The position numbers were made by a program, and so were the translations under genes. Shown here one piece after another: positions 62,595 to 64,000 of a DNA stretch of 64,000 bases (within the stretch, counting starts at the first letter, position 1; every line of letters begins with the position of its first letter). A model generated the notes under the pieces. That model was not told the DNA's origin and did not search any database. It was given only the letters and a program-made list of their open reading frames with translations. The DNA comes from Stegostoma tigrinum (Eukaryota): NCBI RefSeq assembly GCF_030684315.1, contig NC_081371.1, positions 24,609,440 through 24,673,439 on the forward strand, in the 5' to 3' direction.

Positions 62595-63867
62595 TTTGTG
62601 CTCCTGAGATGCTGCTTGGCCTGCTGTGTTCATCCAGCCTCACATTTTATTATCTTGTCCAATTTAGATTTTCTTTTACTGAACTTGAGCCATCATTAGC
62701 GGAGGATTGCATTATTCCAGTTGCGCCATTATAACTTATGTTTCTAGTTGAGCACAAATGGCAGTGAACCTATGCAGTTGCCATGTGATAGAATCTGCAG
62801 AATAAAGTCATCAGATTACAAACTCAGGCATTGTTCACGGAGATTGTCCTCTGAATAATCCCCGATAATTATTAGCCTGCTTTCATAGTGCCTGGTAACT
62901 AGCTGGAACCACAACAGTAAACATAGATACCTAGAAGTTAAGTGGCCCTTGTGCTCTTACAAATCTTACAATGAAACATCAAATAGATGTCATTTTGAAA
63001 ACTATTTTGGCTCTGCCTAAACTAATTTTCATATTTGATTTTTTTTTAAACAATAACTGTTTAAATGCCTTATTCTTATCTTAATTGTATGAGGATATTT
63101 AATGACGGCAGTTGGTGTGTTGAAGAACATTTTAAGGATTAAGCATTCCTTATTTTCACAACTTGATAAATCAGTTTCATTTGTATTTACTGGAACCCAA
63201 TCAGATGTACATTACGGTGCTTTTTGATCAGTTTACATACATCACAGTGTTAGTTTTGGCTAACATGGCTCATTGTTGGGGACTAGATGTGAGATGCTGT
63301 AAATGTTCAGCATTACATTGTCAATACAGATATGGCAGGATCTTGGGCTGGGATATTTGACTTCCTGATGCTGATGCTCAAACCAAGTTCTGCAGTGATA
63401 GAGAATATGCATTTCTGCATGTGAAGTTATTCCTCAGTGTGGAATATTTGTATGAGATTGTTAGTATAAGCTTCCTAATGAAGACTTGATTGCCTTTGTC
63501 TTGGGGAAGCAGGGCTGGACAACTTTCAAAATCAAAAATAAATGCTGCTAGCATTGGATCTGCACTAAATACTTGTTCAACACCTCAATGAGTATCTTCT
63601 CCATCTCTCGGTCTCTATTTCCCCCACCTTTTTCCCCATTAAAAAATTTCCCCCTATCCACTAGAGGGTAACTTTAACATTACCAATTATTCTGCTTGCT
63701 GCCACTTTAAAGTAAGTTATAACAGCAAAGCTACTTTCTGCAAATTATCTTAACTCTGGTTATCTGTGACTTTATTCACCAAAATAAAAAGATTAGTAAT
63801 ATTTTCAATGTTTGAAATTGAGATGTTTTCTCAAATTCTTGAACAGTGCTAGTAGCATTTCTGTATT

Positions 63868-63990
63868 AGAGATAATGGGAACTGCAGATGCTGGAGAATC
63901 CGAGACAACAAAGTGTGGAGCTGGATGAACACAGCAGGCCAAGCAGCATCTTAGGAACACAAAAGCTGACATTTTGGGCCTAAGAAGAAA
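63868..63990 (-). mobile_element. Neptune-type pLTR end (may continue beyond the window)
   Basis: agagataatgggaactgcagatgctggagaatcc...gctggatgaacacagcaggccaagcagc, same tail as 60934. Confidence 0.8.
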
Positions 63991-64000
63991 AAGGGGCTGG

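Larger units (their letters stand above)
60934..62657. mobile_element. Young 5'-truncated Neptune-type PLE with 614-bp inverted duplication of its 3' end
   Basis: Arms 60967-61580 and 62044-62657 are reverse complements; uninterrupted GIY-YIG frame 61589-62338; TSD ttgtccaatttaga at 60923-60936 and 62655-62668. Confidence 0.93.

Overview
Vertebrate genomic DNA, most likely a cartilaginous fish/shark (inferred from gene divergence and the repeat set: V-SINE/HE1-like tRNA SINEs, CR1-group LINE relics, abundant Penelope-like elements). The gene order matches the human 12p13.33 block as I recall it: TEX52 (minus; one large coding exon identified), a complete 7-coding-exon FOXM1 (minus, ~728 aa), a CpG-rich bidirectional promoter (5 CCAAT boxes, E2F site, CHR), RHNO1 (plus, 2 coding exons, ~349 aa) and probably the promoter/first exon of TULP3. 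The most striking non-gene signal is a set of Penelope-like retroelements (PLEs) with hammerhead-ribozyme (HHR) cores. These include a near full-length Neptune-type RT+GIY-YIG copy against the putative TULP3 promoter, a very young copy forming a 614-bp inverted repeat, and ~100-190-bp hairpin or solo mini-insertions. Several have target-site duplications and two alternative termini ~35 nt apart. Other points: an unexplained ~200-bp inverted duplication 3' of RHNO1, a candidate FOXM1 cassette exon and candidate TULP3 micro-exons. All calls are by eye; no searches were run.
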